NCBI GenBank assembly: GCA_030147845.1
Contig: JASBUN010000031.1
Location: forward strand, 13,472 to 77,471
Length of the DNA: 64,000 nucleotides
Source of the DNA: Gammaproteobacteria bacterium
GTDB lineage: Bacteria > Pseudomonadota > Gammaproteobacteria > JASBUN01
Direction of reading: 5' to 3'
Shown piece by piece: positions 53,021 through 64,000 of this stretch. Under the pieces are notes generated by a model. That model did no database searches, was not told where the DNA came from, and saw nothing but the letters and a program-made list of their open reading frames with translations. Positions within the stretch are counted from its first letter, which is position 1. Every line of letters begins with the position of its first letter. Made by a program: the position numbers and the translations under genes.

Positions 53021-53566
53021 TTATTTTTGATTGGTGCCGTTGTCGGTCGATACCGGCCAATTGCGGACTTGCCGCCAAGCCTGCTCGACTTTGGGTGGCA
53101 GCTTGTCCATGTGCTTCAAGAACAGTGCGATGGTCCATATCTGCTGATCGGTAAGGGTGTAACCGAACGACGGCATGCCGGTCAGACGAATGCCGTGTTT
53201 AATCTTCCAAAATGAAACGCCTTCCGGGTCGTCCTCTACGCCCTCGGTGGCCAATTGCGGCGGCTTTTGATAGAGGCCTTTCGCGATCGGCGACGCCGAC
53301 GCATCACCTTGAGCGGAACCGTGACAAACCGAGCAGTTGCGCGCGAATAAATGCATTCCCTCGGCGAGGTTTTGCTCGGTCAACGCCACCGGGTTACGCT
53401 CCTTCGGCGCTTCACGCTTTAGTGTCGCTTTCAACGACGTGCGCGCCATCCAGGTTTCCAACCAGCCGGGTTTTGCGTCGGCGTTAGCCGGGATATAACC
53501 GCTGCGCACCAGCGCATACGCGCCGATCAGCAACACGGCAAGCGTTAACACGATACCTTTGAACAT
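53021..53566 (-). CDS. Membrane-anchored monoheme cytochrome c
   Basis: N-terminal TM, CSVCHG, GIRLTGMPSF. RBS GGGAGG. Confidence 0.88.
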   Translation of the reverse strand: MFKGIVLTLAVLLIGAYALVRSGYIPANADAKPGWLETWMARTSLKATLKREAPKERNPVALTEQNLAEGMHLFARNCSVCHGSAQGDASASPIAKGLYQKPPQLATEGVEDDPEGVSFWKIKHGIRLTGMPSFGYTLTDQQIWTIALFLKHMDKLPPKVEQAWRQVRNWPVSTDNGTNQK

Positions 53567-54265
53567 ATCTTTTCCTCCCTGTGCGGCAAAATGCCGCGAT
53601 TATAAAAACGTAACGTGACGACACCGGAATCGCGTGATTCATTGACCCTGCAGCACCACCGCCTGCCCACGCCTACGGAACGGTTTGTCGCGCCGGCAAT
53701 CGGCCGCACAATCCGGCGCTCAAAGTTAGCAAGTTCACGACTCTCTCAATGATCGCTCGACGGCCGCCGTGGACACTTTGTCCAGCGCGCGGCGCGCCCT
53801 TCTTGGAAGCAATCGCCGCCGCGTTGGTCACGATGCGGCATCGAGATAGCCCGACAGGCGGACGGCATGCCGTCGGTTTGCCGTTTGCTACAGTCACACG
53901 CTATCTAGTCCCGATTCGTACTCGCAATCATACCGTTCGCAACAGGCAAGCCCGCGAATCTGAATAGATGGTAAACAAGCGGATCGCCCCACTCGGGCAG
54001 GGTTCGGATGGCAAAAATACGCGCCTCTGGCAGCACTGACAAGCAGCGGCGAGAGACGCCGAGGCGCACGGACGTGGCCCGCTATCCGGGCGAATTTGAA
54101 AGCAGTTTCGTCGCCACCACTGTCCGGGATGGATGGTCGCCACCAATCCGCCGCCAAGGGCTATCGATCCGTCGGGCGGCGGCCCATAAACCGCGCTGAC
54201 GCCACTTCGGCAGCGCCGGGCGCTAACATGTCGGTGGTCGACGCTCACGCGGGCCGCCGATAACG

Positions 54266-54296
54266 AAAAAAGCCCCGCCGGAGCGGGGCCTTTTTT
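54266..54296 (-). terminator. Bidirectional intrinsic terminator after tRNA-Val
   Basis: AAAAAA-GCCCCGC-cgga-GCGGGGC-cTTTTTT. Confidence 0.85.
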
Positions 54297-54318
54297 CGCT
54301 ACTACTTCAGCGAGTTAT

Positions 54319-54395
54319 TGGTAGGCGCGATTGGACTCGAACCAACGACCCCCACCATGTCAAGGTGGTGCTCTAACCAGCTGAGCTACGCGCCT
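54319..54395 (-). tRNA. tRNA-Val (GAC)
   Basis: AGGCGCGTAGCTCAGCTGGTTAGAGCA-CCACC-TTGACAT-GGTGG...GGTTCGAGTCC...CCA; 77 nt. Confidence 0.97.
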
Positions 54396-54502
54396 AAAGG
54401 GGCGTTAAGATAACGGATTATGCCCGGTCAACGCAACTATTTTGCGTCTCGGCATGCGCGGTGCCCGTCCCCGGTCACGGTTGCGCGTTCGACCCGCGCG
54501 CA

Positions 54503-56524
54503 TCAGCTGTGCGCTTCCAACAAACCGAGATTGAGTTCGCGGATACGATGCATCTGGTCGCGCACGCGCGCGGCCTGCTCGAATTCGAGGTTGCGCGCAT
54601 GCTCGTACATTTGTTGCTCGAGCTTCTTGAGCTTGGCCGCCAGTTTTGCCGGCGCCAGCGACACATAGTCGCTGACGTCTTCGGCCACCGCCGCCGATTG
54701 CCGCGGTGACGCGGACGCCGCGCTGTAGGCGCCCTCCATGATATCCGCAACGCGCTTGATCACGCCGCGCGGGGTGATATTGTGCTCTTTGTTGTAGGCA
54801 ACCTGCTTACGGCGGCGGCGATCGGTCTCGTCAATGGCGCGCTGCATGGAATTTGTGATCCGATCAGCATAGAGCAACGCCTTGCCATTTAAATTACGAG
54901 CGGCGCGCCCGATGGTCTGAATCAGCGAGCGTTCGGAACGCAAAAAACCCTCTTTGTCCGCATCCAGAATCGCAACCAGTGAAACCTCCGGCATATCCAA
55001 CCCTTCACGCAAAAGGTTAATGCCAACCAATACATCGAACTCGCCCAAACGCAAATCGCGAATAATCTCGACCCGCTCCACCGTCTCGATATCGGAATGC
55101 AGATAACGCACCCGAACGCCGTGTTCACCCAGGTAGTCGGTCAAATCCTCGGCCATACGTTTGGTCAAAGTGGTCACCAATACGCGCTCGTCGGCGGCCA
55201 CACGCAACCTGATTTCTGACAGTAGATCGTCAACCTGGCTGACCGCCGGGCGTACCTCGACCGGAGGGTCAACCAAGCCGGTGGGACGCACGACTTGCTC
55301 GACCACTTGGCCCGCGCCTTCCGTTTCATACGGCCCGGGAGTCGCCGAGACGCAAATACACTGCGGCGCCAGACGCTCGAACTCGTCAAAACGTAACGGC
55401 CGGTTATCCAGCGCTGACGGCAGTCGGAAGCCATATTCCACCAACGTCTCCTTACGTGAGCGGTCGCCCCGATACATGCCACCGAGCTGCGGAATGGTCA
55501 CGTGGCTCTCATCGATGACGAGTAAGGCGTTCGCCGGTAAATAATCGAATAACGTCGGTGGCGGCTCGCCCGCTTGGCGCCCGGACAGATAACGTGAATA
55601 GTTTTCAATGCCCGAGCAGTAACCCAATTCCAGCATCATCTCCAGATCGAACCGGGTGCGTTGCTCCAAACGTTGAGCCTCGACCAGTTTATTGACCGAA
55701 TAAAGCTGTTCGAGCCGTTCCCGCAGCTCTATCTTTATGTCATCCATGGCATCCAGAATGGTCTGGCGCGGGGTCACGTAGTGTGACTTGGGGAAGATGG
55801 TCAGGCGTGGCACCTTGCGGCTGACCTCGCCGGTGAGCGGATCGAAATAGGCTAACGACTCGATCTCGTCATCAAACAGTTCGATGCGCACCGCCTCACG
55901 GTCCGACTCGGCCGGATAGATATCGATCACTTCACCGCGCACGCGGTAGGTGGCGCGGTGTAATTCGACGTCATTGCGGGTGTATTGTAGCTCGGCCAAG
56001 CGTCTTAAAATTTGTCGCTGATCGACGTGGTCACCGCGATCCAGGTGCAATACCATACCAAGGTAGGAACGCGGGTCGCCCAAGCCGTAGATGGCCGACA
56101 CCGTGGCGACGATGATGGAGTCGGCGCGCTCGAGCAGGGCCTTGGTAGCCGACAGGCGCATCTGCTCGACATGCTCGTTGATGGAGGCGTCTTTCTCGAT
56201 AAAGGTATCGGACGAAGGCACATAGGCCTCCGGCTGGTAGTAATCGTAGTAGGAAACGAAGTATTCGATCGCGTTGCCGGGAAAGTACTCCTTCATCTCA
56301 CCATAGAGCTGCGCCGCCAGTGTCTTGTTGGGCGCGAGCACCAGGGTTGGCCGCTGCAACTCCTGAATCACATTGGCGATGGTGAACGTCTTACCTGATC
56401 CGGTCACGCCCAGCAGTACTTGGCGCGCCAGGCCGTCCTCAATGCCTTGAACGAGTCCGCGGATAGCCTCGGGTTGATCACCCGTCGGTGAGTAAGATGA
56501 ACGAATCTGGAATCTTTTGCTCAT
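54503..56524 (-). CDS. uvrB: Excinuclease ABC subunit B
   Basis: [41 protein letters not shown]-terminal UVR domain. Confidence 0.98.
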   Translation of the reverse strand: MSKRFQIRSSYSPTGDQPEAIRGLVQGIEDGLARQVLLGVTGSGKTFTIANVIQELQRPTLVLAPNKTLAAQLYGEMKEYFPGNAIEYFVSYYDYYQPEAYVPSSDTFIEKDASINEHVEQMRLSATKALLERADSIIVATVSAIYGLGDPRSYLGMVLHLDRGDHVDQRQILRRLAELQYTRNDVELHRATYRVRGEVIDIYPAESDREAVRIELFDDEIESLAYFDPLTGEVSRKVPRLTIFPKSHYVTPRQTILDAMDDIKIELRERLEQLYSVNKLVEAQRLEQRTRFDLEMMLELGYCSGIENYSRYLSGRQAGEPPPTLFDYLPANALLVIDESHVTIPQLGGMYRGDRSRKETLVEYGFRLPSALDNRPLRFDEFERLAPQCICVSATPGPYETEGAGQVVEQVVRPTGLVDPPVEVRPAVSQVDDLLSEIRLRVAADERVLVTTLTKRMAEDLTDYLGEHGVRVRYLHSDIETVERVEIIRDLRLGEFDVLVGINLLREGLDMPEVSLVAILDADKEGFLRSERSLIQTIGRAARNLNGKALLYADRITNSMQRAIDETDRRRRKQVAYNKEHNITPRGVIKRVADIMEGAYSAASASPRQSAAVAEDVSDYVSLAPAKLAAKLKKLEQQMYEHARNLEFEQAARVRDQMHRIRELNLGLLEAHS

Positions 56525-56605
56525 AAAGGGATTCTGCGCGAGCTACCTTTGCAGTATGATTACCCGCGGATTTGAGTCAGCAGCAATAACGCTAGGAAAC
56601 CAGCC

Positions 56606-57799
56606 TTGAAGATTCAGCTTTCTAATCGCGTACAGCGCGTCAGACCTTCCCCGACACTCGCCGTTACCGCTCGCGCCGCCGAGTTACGGGCCGCTGGCAA
56701 AGACATCATCGGGCTCGGTGCCGGCGAACCGGATTTTGACACGCCGGAACACATCAAGCAGGCGGCCAAGGCCGCCATCGACGCCGGCGCCACCAAATAC
56801 ACCGCAGTGGACGGCACCGTCGGCCTCAAAACCGCCATTATAAACAAATTCCGGCGCGAGAACGGGCTTGAGTACGAAAACGACCAAATACTGGTCTCGT
56901 CGGGCGGCAAACAAAGCTTTTATAACCTTTGCCAAGCGCTGTTGAATACCGATGACGAAGTCATTATCCCTGCTCCCTATTGGGTATCTTATCCGGACAT
57001 GGTGCTGCTCGCCGATGGTGCACCGGTAATCATATCCGCCGGCGCGGAACAGGGCTTCAAAATTACCCCACATCAGATCGAGACGGCTATTAACGCCAAG
57101 ACCCGTCTGCTGATACTCAATAGTCCATCCAATCCGACCGGCGTGGCCTATCGCCGCGACGAATTGGAGGCCATCGGCGAAGTCTTGCACCAGCATCCGC
57201 GCGTGCTCATCGCCACCGACGATATGTACGAACATATCCATTGGTCGAATGAACCATTCGCCAACATCGTCAACGTGTGCCCGGACTTATACGATCGCAC
57301 CATCGTACTCAACGGCGTATCCAAAGCTTATGCCATGACCGGCTGGCGTATCGGCTATGCGGCCGGTCCGCGCGACGTCATCAAGGCGATGAAAAAAGTC
57401 CAATCACAAAGCACTTCCAACCCGGCGTCCGTCTCGCAGGCAGCGGCGCAAGCTGCGCTGGACGGCGATCAATCCTGTATCCAGGCCATGCTCACAGCCT
57501 TTCACGAGCGCCATGACTTTGTCGTCGGCGAGCTCAACGCCATCGCCGGCGTCGACTGTCTGCCCGGCGATGGGACGTTTTATTGCTTCCCGAATATGCA
57601 AGGGGCGCTGGACGCCCGTGAAGACCTTCACGATGACGTGCAGTTCGCCGAATACTTGTTAACCGAAGCCGGTGTGGCTGTAGTACCGGGATCGGCATTC
57701 GGCGCAGCCGGGCATATGCGCATTTCTTTTGCCACCAGTATGGATCACCTGCGCGAAGCCATGCGGCGGCTGCGTAATGCCTTGGGTGCCAAGACGTAG
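56606..57799 (+). CDS. Class I PLP-dependent (aspartate-type) aminotransferase
   Basis: GEPDF, PYWVSY, NSPSNPTG, NGVSKAYAMTGWRIG. TTG start. Confidence 0.93.
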   Translation: MKIQLSNRVQRVRPSPTLAVTARAAELRAAGKDIIGLGAGEPDFDTPEHIKQAAKAAIDAGATKYTAVDGTVGLKTAIINKFRRENGLEYENDQILVSSGGKQSFYNLCQALLNTDDEVIIPAPYWVSYPDMVLLADGAPVIISAGAEQGFKITPHQIETAINAKTRLLILNSPSNPTGVAYRRDELEAIGEVLHQHPRVLIATDDMYEHIHWSNEPFANIVNVCPDLYDRTIVLNGVSKAYAMTGWRIGYAAGPRDVIKAMKKVQSQSTSNPASVSQAAAQAALDGDQSCIQAMLTAFHERHDFVVGELNAIAGVDCLPGDGTFYCFPNMQGALDAREDLHDDVQFAEYLLTEAGVAVVPGSAFGAAGHMRISFATSMDHLREAMRRLRNALGAKT

Positions 57800-57949
57800 G
57801 AAAAATCCTACAACAAGTTCCGCAAGTCACTGACGCCCAGCCGGCTAGGCGTATCGCCGGCATCGGTTTATCCTTGTCCCTGAAGGTAGCCACGCACAGG
57901 GTAAGTGCGGGCCAGTCGCAGAACGTACATCGACCTAGGGAAGGGAACG

Positions 57950-58552
57950 ATGGATATGGATATCCACGTCGGGCACGCACGTGCCGGACAACCGCTGCGA
58001 TTTGCGCAGGTCGTCCATAGCACCGGATTTACGTTGGTCGAGATGGTCGGCACGCTCGCCATCGCCGCCATACTGGTCACGGCGGTCATACCGATGGGCA
58101 CCCGGACGGTCGCCAACAACCGGCTCGCCAGCAGTGTCAACGCCTTCATCGGCGCGTTGAATCTGGCGCGCAGCGAAGCGATCCAGCGCACCCGCCGTAC
58201 CGTCATCTGTCCGAGTAGCGACGGACGCACCTGCCTCGCCTCGGGGCATTGGCATCGCGGCTGGATCACATTCGTCGATCACGACCGTGATCGACAGCAC
58301 GACGCCGGCGAGCCACTACTACGCCAACACGGGCCGTTGACCGGCATCCACATCGTTTCGAGCCGCTGGCGACGCTCCGTGACCTTCCGTAGCGACGGTG
58401 CCACCTACGGCAGCAATGCCACCTTCACGGCCTGTAGCCACACTGCCGCCGCGCCGCCCTTGACGGTCATACTGTCCAATCCCGGACGCGCGCGCATCGT
58501 GCGCGGATCATCACCGAAGCCGCCGAGCATTTGTCGTGGTTTGGCGCCTTGA
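57950..58552 (+). CDS. fimT: FimT/GspH-family minor pilin
   Basis: Prepilin site G/FTLVE plus hydrophobic helix, ARSEAI, V.CPS.DG..C, W..GW..F.D. Confidence 0.85.
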   Translation: MDMDIHVGHARAGQPLRFAQVVHSTGFTLVEMVGTLAIAAILVTAVIPMGTRTVANNRLASSVNAFIGALNLARSEAIQRTRRTVICPSSDGRTCLASGHWHRGWITFVDHDRDRQHDAGEPLLRQHGPLTGIHIVSSRWRRSVTFRSDGATYGSNATFTACSHTAAAPPLTVILSNPGRARIVRGSSPKPPSICRGLAP

Positions 58553-58845
58553 GCTGCGGACGTAACCTCACCGACGCAGTTACGCTGGCGCGGCGTACGG
58601 ACGAATAGGTAGCCACTGCCCCACGCACCCATACATTTTATTGCGTGATGCCATGCACGAGGCGTGATCGAAGCGCGCCGACCAAATGGCGGAGACACGC
58701 GCATTCAGTCAGACTAAAGCAGTGATGGTACTACTAAGCCGGCAAACGGCGAACAAGCGCATAGGCGCAGTAACAGAACGCAATGAGCGACATTCTAACC
58801 CGCTCGACGCCGCTTTGGTGGATTCAGCAGAGTTTCCCTAGGCTA

Positions 58846-58874
58846 TTGACCATAAAGGGTGTAGTCAGTACCAT
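58846..58874 (+). promoter_or_regulatory. Sigma-70 promoter for tRNA-Asn
   Basis: TTGACC-N17-TACCAT followed by a GC-rich discriminator. Confidence 0.7.
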
Positions 58875-58894
58875 TAGCGCCTCCGAAAATCTGT

Positions 58895-58970
58895 TCCCCG
58901 GTAGCTCAGTTGGTAGAGCAGGTGACTGTTAATCACCGGGTCGGCGGTTCGAGTCCGTCCCGGGGAGCCA
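58895..58970 (+). tRNA. tRNA-Asn (GTT)
   Basis: TCCCCGGTAGCTCAGTTGGTAGAGCA-GGTGA-CTGTTAA-TCACC...GGTTCGAGTCC...GCCA; 76 nt. Confidence 0.97.
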
Positions 58971-59457
58971 TTATTTGTCTATATGAATCAGGCCTTGCGC
59001 CTGGTTTTGCGTTTCTGGCGGCAAAAAACGCCCGCCGCCGTTCGCGCGAGGACAATTTACGCGTTTCGCAGTGCCGTGGCCTGTGCAAAAAATTTCCCTC
59101 GGACGGACAAACTCAGCGCAGGTTAACGTCGTCTGTGCCGCGACGATCGAATCAACGCTCTGGCATTTGCCCTACCAAGCATAATGTATTCATCATCACC
59201 CCTTACCCGAGTCACTCGGATTTCGGCCGTCGCCACTCGCCTTGGCACACATGAAACCGTGGCCGCCAGCCACATTGGGCATGACGCGATCGTTTCGGCA
59301 CACATAAATCCGTCCGCGTTTGCAATATAGACATAGTTGGGTACTGCGCAGGTAGGCACGGTGTCAGCCGTGCATAACCCAGCAAATAGAAGACACCACT
59401 CGCCGTACAAACGCTCGCAACTCACGACCAGCCGGAACCAGCCCCAGGTATGACTGA

Positions 59458-59967
59458 CTACCAGGGCCAACCGAGCGGAGGACGTTGCCAGTCGATGACC
59501 TGTCCATTCGGGGAGACCGTCACGGAACCACTGCCAATATTGGCGTAGTGGTAATAAAGAATGGTGTTGCCATTGAGCTGAAATTGACGGCTGGGCTGAC
59601 CGAGTATGTTTTTGACCTCGGTGGCCGTCAAATTACGGTCCACGGCCCGCCACGCCTTGCGCAGGGTGTCTTTGGAAACGCCACGGTACGCCGCCGCCGT
59701 CGACTTCGTCGGCGCCTGTGCGTTCGATTCGGATCGGACGTTAGGGTTGTCGGCGGGTAACTTGGACGGAGGTACCTTCTCCAACTCGGCAACCTTGCGC
59801 TCTAGTTGCTCGACCCGGTGTGTGAGTACCTGCACTTGCTGCCGCAATGCGGCCACATCCTCTCCGGCTGCATGCGCCGGCATGGCCGCTAGCAGTGGGA
59901 GCACAGTCGATAAAACGAACACGGCCGCCACCGCAACACCATTTCGCTGTAACGCATTTATGTACAT
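59458..59967 (-). CDS. Exported hypothetical protein (coiled coil plus SmpA/BamE-like C-terminal domain)
   Basis: Signal peptide AHA, heptad coil, LT..EV..ILGQP...YHY....VT motif. Confidence 0.65.
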   Translation of the reverse strand: MYINALQRNGVAVAAVFVLSTVLPLLAAMPAHAAGEDVAALRQQVQVLTHRVEQLERKVAELEKVPPSKLPADNPNVRSESNAQAPTKSTAAAYRGVSKDTLRKAWRAVDRNLTATEVKNILGQPSRQFQLNGNTILYYHYANIGSGSVTVSPNGQVIDWQRPPLGWPW

Positions 59968-59982
59968 GGATATCTCTTAAGC

Positions 59983-60010
59983 CGAAGGGCCGGCTCTCGC
60001 CGGCCCTTCG
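59983..60010. other. Strong 12-bp GC hairpin between cyc2 and the downstream gene (no U-tract)
   Basis: CGAAGGGCCGGC-tctc-GCCGGCCCTTCG. Confidence 0.7.
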
Positions 60011-60018
60011 CCGTCCAC

Positions 60019-61314
60019 CTAGAAGGCCAGCAATATATTCAGATACAGGGTGTTGTTGTCCGAGGCATTCGTGCTGGTACCATCGAACTTGTTGTAGGCA
60101 ACATATTGCAAGGAGAACTTGGTATTCAACCAGGGCAGCCAGTCCGCCTGAAGCGTGACATAGGAACTGTCCGGCTGGGTTCCCGGAGAGCCGTATGCGG
60201 CTAGACTGTCTCCTGATATGGCCGAGTATCCGGCACCCAAGCCGTAGTGGCGCTCATAATACCAATCGCCATTGACATTGAAGAAATTCACATGGTGACT
60301 GGCATCGCCTGGAGCGGTTGCATTCAACGTCTGATTTTCGTGAATATAGTTGGCTCGCAACTCCCACAAGTTCGGACCGCTGAATTTCTGGTACTGCGCA
60401 TCGACACCCGTATCGGTATAGGTGTCGTTGGTTGGCTTGCCCGCCGGATGATAGTGTGCGTGGAAGCCGAACGTGCCGACTTCCCAGCTACCATTGGCAA
60501 TGTCATCGCTCCAGGCGAGACGCCAATACGGGGCCGCGCCAACGAGCGCATCGTCTCTCGATCCCGGCCCATTCGGGTCGTTCTGACGTGCCGTGCGATA
60601 AAACGAAACTACGCCGTACAGGTGGTTATTCCACATGGCGTACGGACCCACACCCACCGAATTCATCATAACGGTATTACCGTTGCTGAGAAACGGCGAC
60701 GCAGTCGGTGTCGCTGACGTATCGGAACCGATAAACGGGAAACTGTACGCAGGCGTGCTATTCCACAAATCCTCCACTGTCGGTCCATTGTTCAGCGTGA
60801 TGCCATACGATAGGTTCTTGCCGCTAAGCACCGTATTGTTGGCATAACGGATATCGGTCATATCCATCATGAACTTACCCATTTCCTGGTTATACGTAAA
60901 CTGCAGGAACGTGCCGATATGCCGAGTAATTTCCCCCGCCAGATATACACCCAACTCTTGGGGGAAGTTGACATCCGGATTTTGGTGTCCTGCCACGCCC
61001 TTGTTGGTACGTGTCATTCCGGTCTGCATCACGAGCGATAGCGGCATTACGTCGTTCAGCGACAGACCGGGTTCGGTCTGTCCCGATGCCGCCGCAACTT
61101 GCTTGATATTGGTTAAGGTATAGCCGTTGAGCTTGAAACTTCGCCCAAACGACGTCAGCGCGGGATAAACCGTGTGACACGCGGCACACGACAACCCGGT
61201 TTGCCGTGCAAAACTTGGTACCGCCTGCGCTGTCATAGACGTCAATACGAACGACACAGCCACCGTTGCATAAAAGACGAGCCGTGATGCTCGCCCCAAG
61301 CGTAGATATTTCAT
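60019..61314 (-). CDS. cyc2: Cyc2-type outer-membrane cytochrome c-porin fusion (putative Fe(II) oxidase)
   Basis: Signal peptide AQA, then VPSFARQTGLSCAACHTVYPALTSFGRSFKLNGY, amphipathic beta strands and terminal Phe. RBS GGGAGG. Confidence 0.85.
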   Translation of the reverse strand: MKYLRLGRASRLVFYATVAVSFVLTSMTAQAVPSFARQTGLSCAACHTVYPALTSFGRSFKLNGYTLTNIKQVAAASGQTEPGLSLNDVMPLSLVMQTGMTRTNKGVAGHQNPDVNFPQELGVYLAGEITRHIGTFLQFTYNQEMGKFMMDMTDIRYANNTVLSGKNLSYGITLNNGPTVEDLWNSTPAYSFPFIGSDTSATPTASPFLSNGNTVMMNSVGVGPYAMWNNHLYGVVSFYRTARQNDPNGPGSRDDALVGAAPYWRLAWSDDIANGSWEVGTFGFHAHYHPAGKPTNDTYTDTGVDAQYQKFSGPNLWELRANYIHENQTLNATAPGDASHHVNFFNVNGDWYYERHYGLGAGYSAISGDSLAAYGSPGTQPDSSYVTLQADWLPWLNTKFSLQYVAYNKFDGTSTNASDNNTLYLNILLAF

Positions 61315-61705
61315 TGGTAGACCTCCCATTTACAGTACTTAACGAAACACAAGGTATGCAGTTGCACGCCTCGCTTCCAAACATGATCGGCCCCTCACAT
61401 CTACTCCGCGGGCGCAACTCGGCGCCGGGTTTTCGCAACGATTTACTTTTTATATCGCGTTATATAAATGCTAAGTTTCACCGCAAAGAGCCGCAACAAA
61501 ACCGCCTGGTTAGATGCGTCACGGCTGACGCAGATCAATTCTTCAGCTCGCAATAAAAACGAACCTCACCGATCGTCGCGCATAACAATGCACGCGTGGC
61601 AACGATCATCGGTATGTCCGCTGAACGACGAATATTGGAATGGGTTCAAACGAAAGGAACGTAGCCGCGATGATCGGCGGCTACGTTATAACAACGTGGA
61701 GTGGA

Positions 61706-62584
61706 TCAGACTTCCAGATTCTTGAGGTAAGCGCGGAATGGTTCGCCGAGTTCGTGATGCTTCAACGCAAACTCGACCGTTGCACTCAAGTAACCCAGCT
61801 TATTACCGCAGTCAAAACGCTTGCCTTCGTATTCATAGGCAAGCACACGCTCTTCGCGCAACAGGCTGGCAATAGCGTCCGTAAGCTGGATTTCGCCACC
61901 AGCACCGTGGGGCGTGTCAGCCAACAACTCAAATATTCTTGGCGTCAAAATATAACGCCCGACCACACCTAAGTTCGACGGCGCATCGGCAGGCGCGGGC
62001 TTTTCGACGATTTTCTCAACAGCGCTGAGTCGTTCATCGACGCGCTGCGTCTTAACGATACCGTATTTGTCGGTATCGCCTGGATCCACCTCCTCGACGG
62101 CGATGATACTCGACTGCTGTTCGGCAAACTCTTCCGCCATCTGCTGTAGGCAGGTCTTGGCGCCGCCATCAATAAGATCATCGGCAAGCAATATGGCGAA
62201 CGGTTCGTTTCCGACTACCGCACGAGCGCAATAGACCGCATGCCCGAGCCCCAGAGGACGCGGCTGACGGATAAATACCGCGCTGACCCGTTCCGGTAAA
62301 ATGTCGCGCACTTCCTCCAAACGCTTGAGCTTGCCGGCCGCTTCCAACTCCATTTCCAGCTCGAAGGACACATCGAAATGATCGGCAATCGCCCGCTTGC
62401 CGCGCCCAGTGACAAAAATCAGCTGGTCACAACCCGCCGCCATCGCTTCCTCCGCGGCATACTGAATCAGCGGCTTGTCGACTATGGGCAGCATCTCCTT
62501 GGGACTGGCTTTGGTGGCTGGCAAAAATCGGGTCCCGAGTCCGCCGACCGGGAACACTGCTTTGTGGATTAGCCCTCGCTTCAT
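61706..62584 (-). CDS. galU: UTP--glucose-1-phosphate uridylyltransferase
   Basis: [38 protein letters not shown]. Confidence 0.96.
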   Translation of the reverse strand: MKRGLIHKAVFPVGGLGTRFLPATKASPKEMLPIVDKPLIQYAAEEAMAAGCDQLIFVTGRGKRAIADHFDVSFELEMELEAAGKLKRLEEVRDILPERVSAVFIRQPRPLGLGHAVYCARAVVGNEPFAILLADDLIDGGAKTCLQQMAEEFAEQQSSIIAVEEVDPGDTDKYGIVKTQRVDERLSAVEKIVEKPAPADAPSNLGVVGRYILTPRIFELLADTPHGAGGEIQLTDAIASLLREERVLAYEYEGKRFDCGNKLGYLSATVEFALKHHELGEPFRAYLKNLEV

Positions 62585-62663
62585 TTCACACCCTGTAACC
62601 TAGTGAACACGCCCTTGTAATTGTAGAGTGCGGGCGGCAAGCTTCAACCGTACGCACCCGTCC

Positions 62664-63674
62664 TTAGTTGCCGCCGTAATATGATTTGTACCATTCCACG
62701 AATCGCTCGATACCATGTTCGACCGAGGTATTTGGCTTGAATCCGACCGCCGCATCCAGCGCCGAGGTGTCGGCCTGAGTGGCTGCAACGTCGCCCGGCT
62801 GCATCGGCAGCAGGTCGAGCTCCGCCTTCTTGCCCAGACATTGTTCCAATACTTCAATATAACGCATCAGTTTGACCGGCGTGTTATTGCCAATATTGAA
62901 CACCGCGTACGGCGCATAACTGGTGGCAGGATCCGGGCGATCACCGTCCCATGACGGATCCGGCTTGGCCGGGCGATCGATAACGCGTATGACACCTTCA
63001 ACGATGTCGTCTATATAGGTGAAATCCCGTACCATCTCGCCACGATTGAATACCGGTATAGCCTCGTTCTCCAGGATGCCCTTGGTGAACTTGAACAAGG
63101 CCATGTCCGGTCGGCCCCAGGGGCCATAAACGGTAAAGAATCGTAAACCCGTACAAGCCAAACCGTAGAGATGCGCATAACTGTGCGCCATCAACTCGTT
63201 CGCCTTTTTGCTCGCCGCGTACAGCGAAACCGGATGATCGACGTTGTCATGCTCCGAAAATGGCAGATGCGTATTCGCACCGTAGACCGAGCTAGACGAC
63301 GCGAATACCAAGTGGCCGACACGCGAATGCCGGCAGCCTTCGAGAATATTGGCGAAACCCACCAAGTTCGCGTCGACGTAAGCGCTGGGATTTTCGATCG
63401 AGTGCCGGACCCCGGCTTGCGCCGCCAAATTCATGACCGCGTCGAAACGATGTTCCTGGAACAGTCGCTGCATGCCATCACGATCGGCGATATCAAGACG
63501 TTGAAACATGAAATTATCATGATCCTGAAAACGCTCCAATCGCGCCTTTTTCAAGTTGACGTCATAATAATCGTTGAGATTATCGACCCCATAGACCGAA
63601 TCGCCTCGTTCTAATAACCGCATGGCGAGCGTCGAACCGATAAATCCGGCAACGCCGGTAATCATAACTTTCAT
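62664..63674 (-). CDS. NAD-dependent epimerase (UDP-glucuronate 4-epimerase-like)
   Basis: [42 protein letters not shown]. Confidence 0.92.
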   Translation of the reverse strand: MKVMITGVAGFIGSTLAMRLLERGDSVYGVDNLNDYYDVNLKKARLERFQDHDNFMFQRLDIADRDGMQRLFQEHRFDAVMNLAAQAGVRHSIENPSAYVDANLVGFANILEGCRHSRVGHLVFASSSSVYGANTHLPFSEHDNVDHPVSLYAASKKANELMAHSYAHLYGLACTGLRFFTVYGPWGRPDMALFKFTKGILENEAIPVFNRGEMVRDFTYIDDIVEGVIRVIDRPAKPDPSWDGDRPDPATSYAPYAVFNIGNNTPVKLMRYIEVLEQCLGKKAELDLLPMQPGDVAATQADTSALDAAVGFKPNTSVEHGIERFVEWYKSYYGGN

Positions 63675-63756
63675 TTTATTTCCCGCTAGCTCCTGTCAGG
63701 CGACTTTTTCTGAAGCCGCACCCACCGCCGGCATACGCCGCGGCCCACATAAAATG

Positions 63757-64000
63757 TTACGAAGATTCTGAAAATACCTGCTCGACACTGTCGCACAGTA
63801 TATGTCCGATCAGGATATGCATCTCTTGTATTCGAGCCGTGTCGAGTCCGGGCACGATGACGCTCAAGTCGCATAGACCGGCCATTTTGCCGCCATCGCG
63901 CCCGAGTAAGCCGATCGTTACCGCGTTTTGCTGCTTCGCTGCCTGCATTGCACGCATTACGTTTTCACTATTGCCCGAGGTAGACAACCCCACCAAGACG
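63757..64000 (-). CDS. gmhA: D-sedoheptulose 7-phosphate isomerase (3' part; 5' end outside window)
   Basis: [20 protein letters not shown]...GH..C. Confidence 0.88.
   Translation of the reverse strand, partial: VLVGLSTSGNSENVMRAMQAAKQQNAVTIGLLGRDGGKMAGLCDLSVIVPGLDTARIQEMHILIGHILCDSVEQVFSESS

Overview
Gammaproteobacterial chromosome segment, moderately GC-rich. It contains a housekeeping backbone: thrS-infC-rpmI-rplT-pheS-pheT-ihfA-merR-tRNA-Pro, then tRNA-Val-uvrB/aminotransferase-fimT-tRNA-Asn, then galU-epimerase-gmhA. Three accessory blocks interrupt it. (1) 1-19.5 kb: a divergent cydB, an NtrBC-like two-component pair, degP, tal-gnd-zwf-dedA, a YbhGFSR-type ABC exporter, and a stand-alone Rieske gene plus a HiPIP gene. 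Three of these units carry clean sigma-54 promoters. (2) About 27.5-54.3 kb, between thrS and tRNA-Val: a caa3-type oxidase operon behind a perfect FNR box, in which the K proton-channel residues are all replaced (including a natural K362M equivalent). The block also has a GntR regulator, an MCP, a xanthomonadin-like halogenase/chorismatase cluster with no chain-building enzymes, IS relics, a tetrathionate hydrolase fused to a cell-wall-binding-2-like domain, and a cytochrome c. (3) 59.4-61.3 kb: a Cyc2-type cytochrome-porin with a small exported partner. Together these suggest an iron/sulfur-oxidising lifestyle. All family calls come from motif recognition by eye, with no database searches, and reference residues are quoted from memory.
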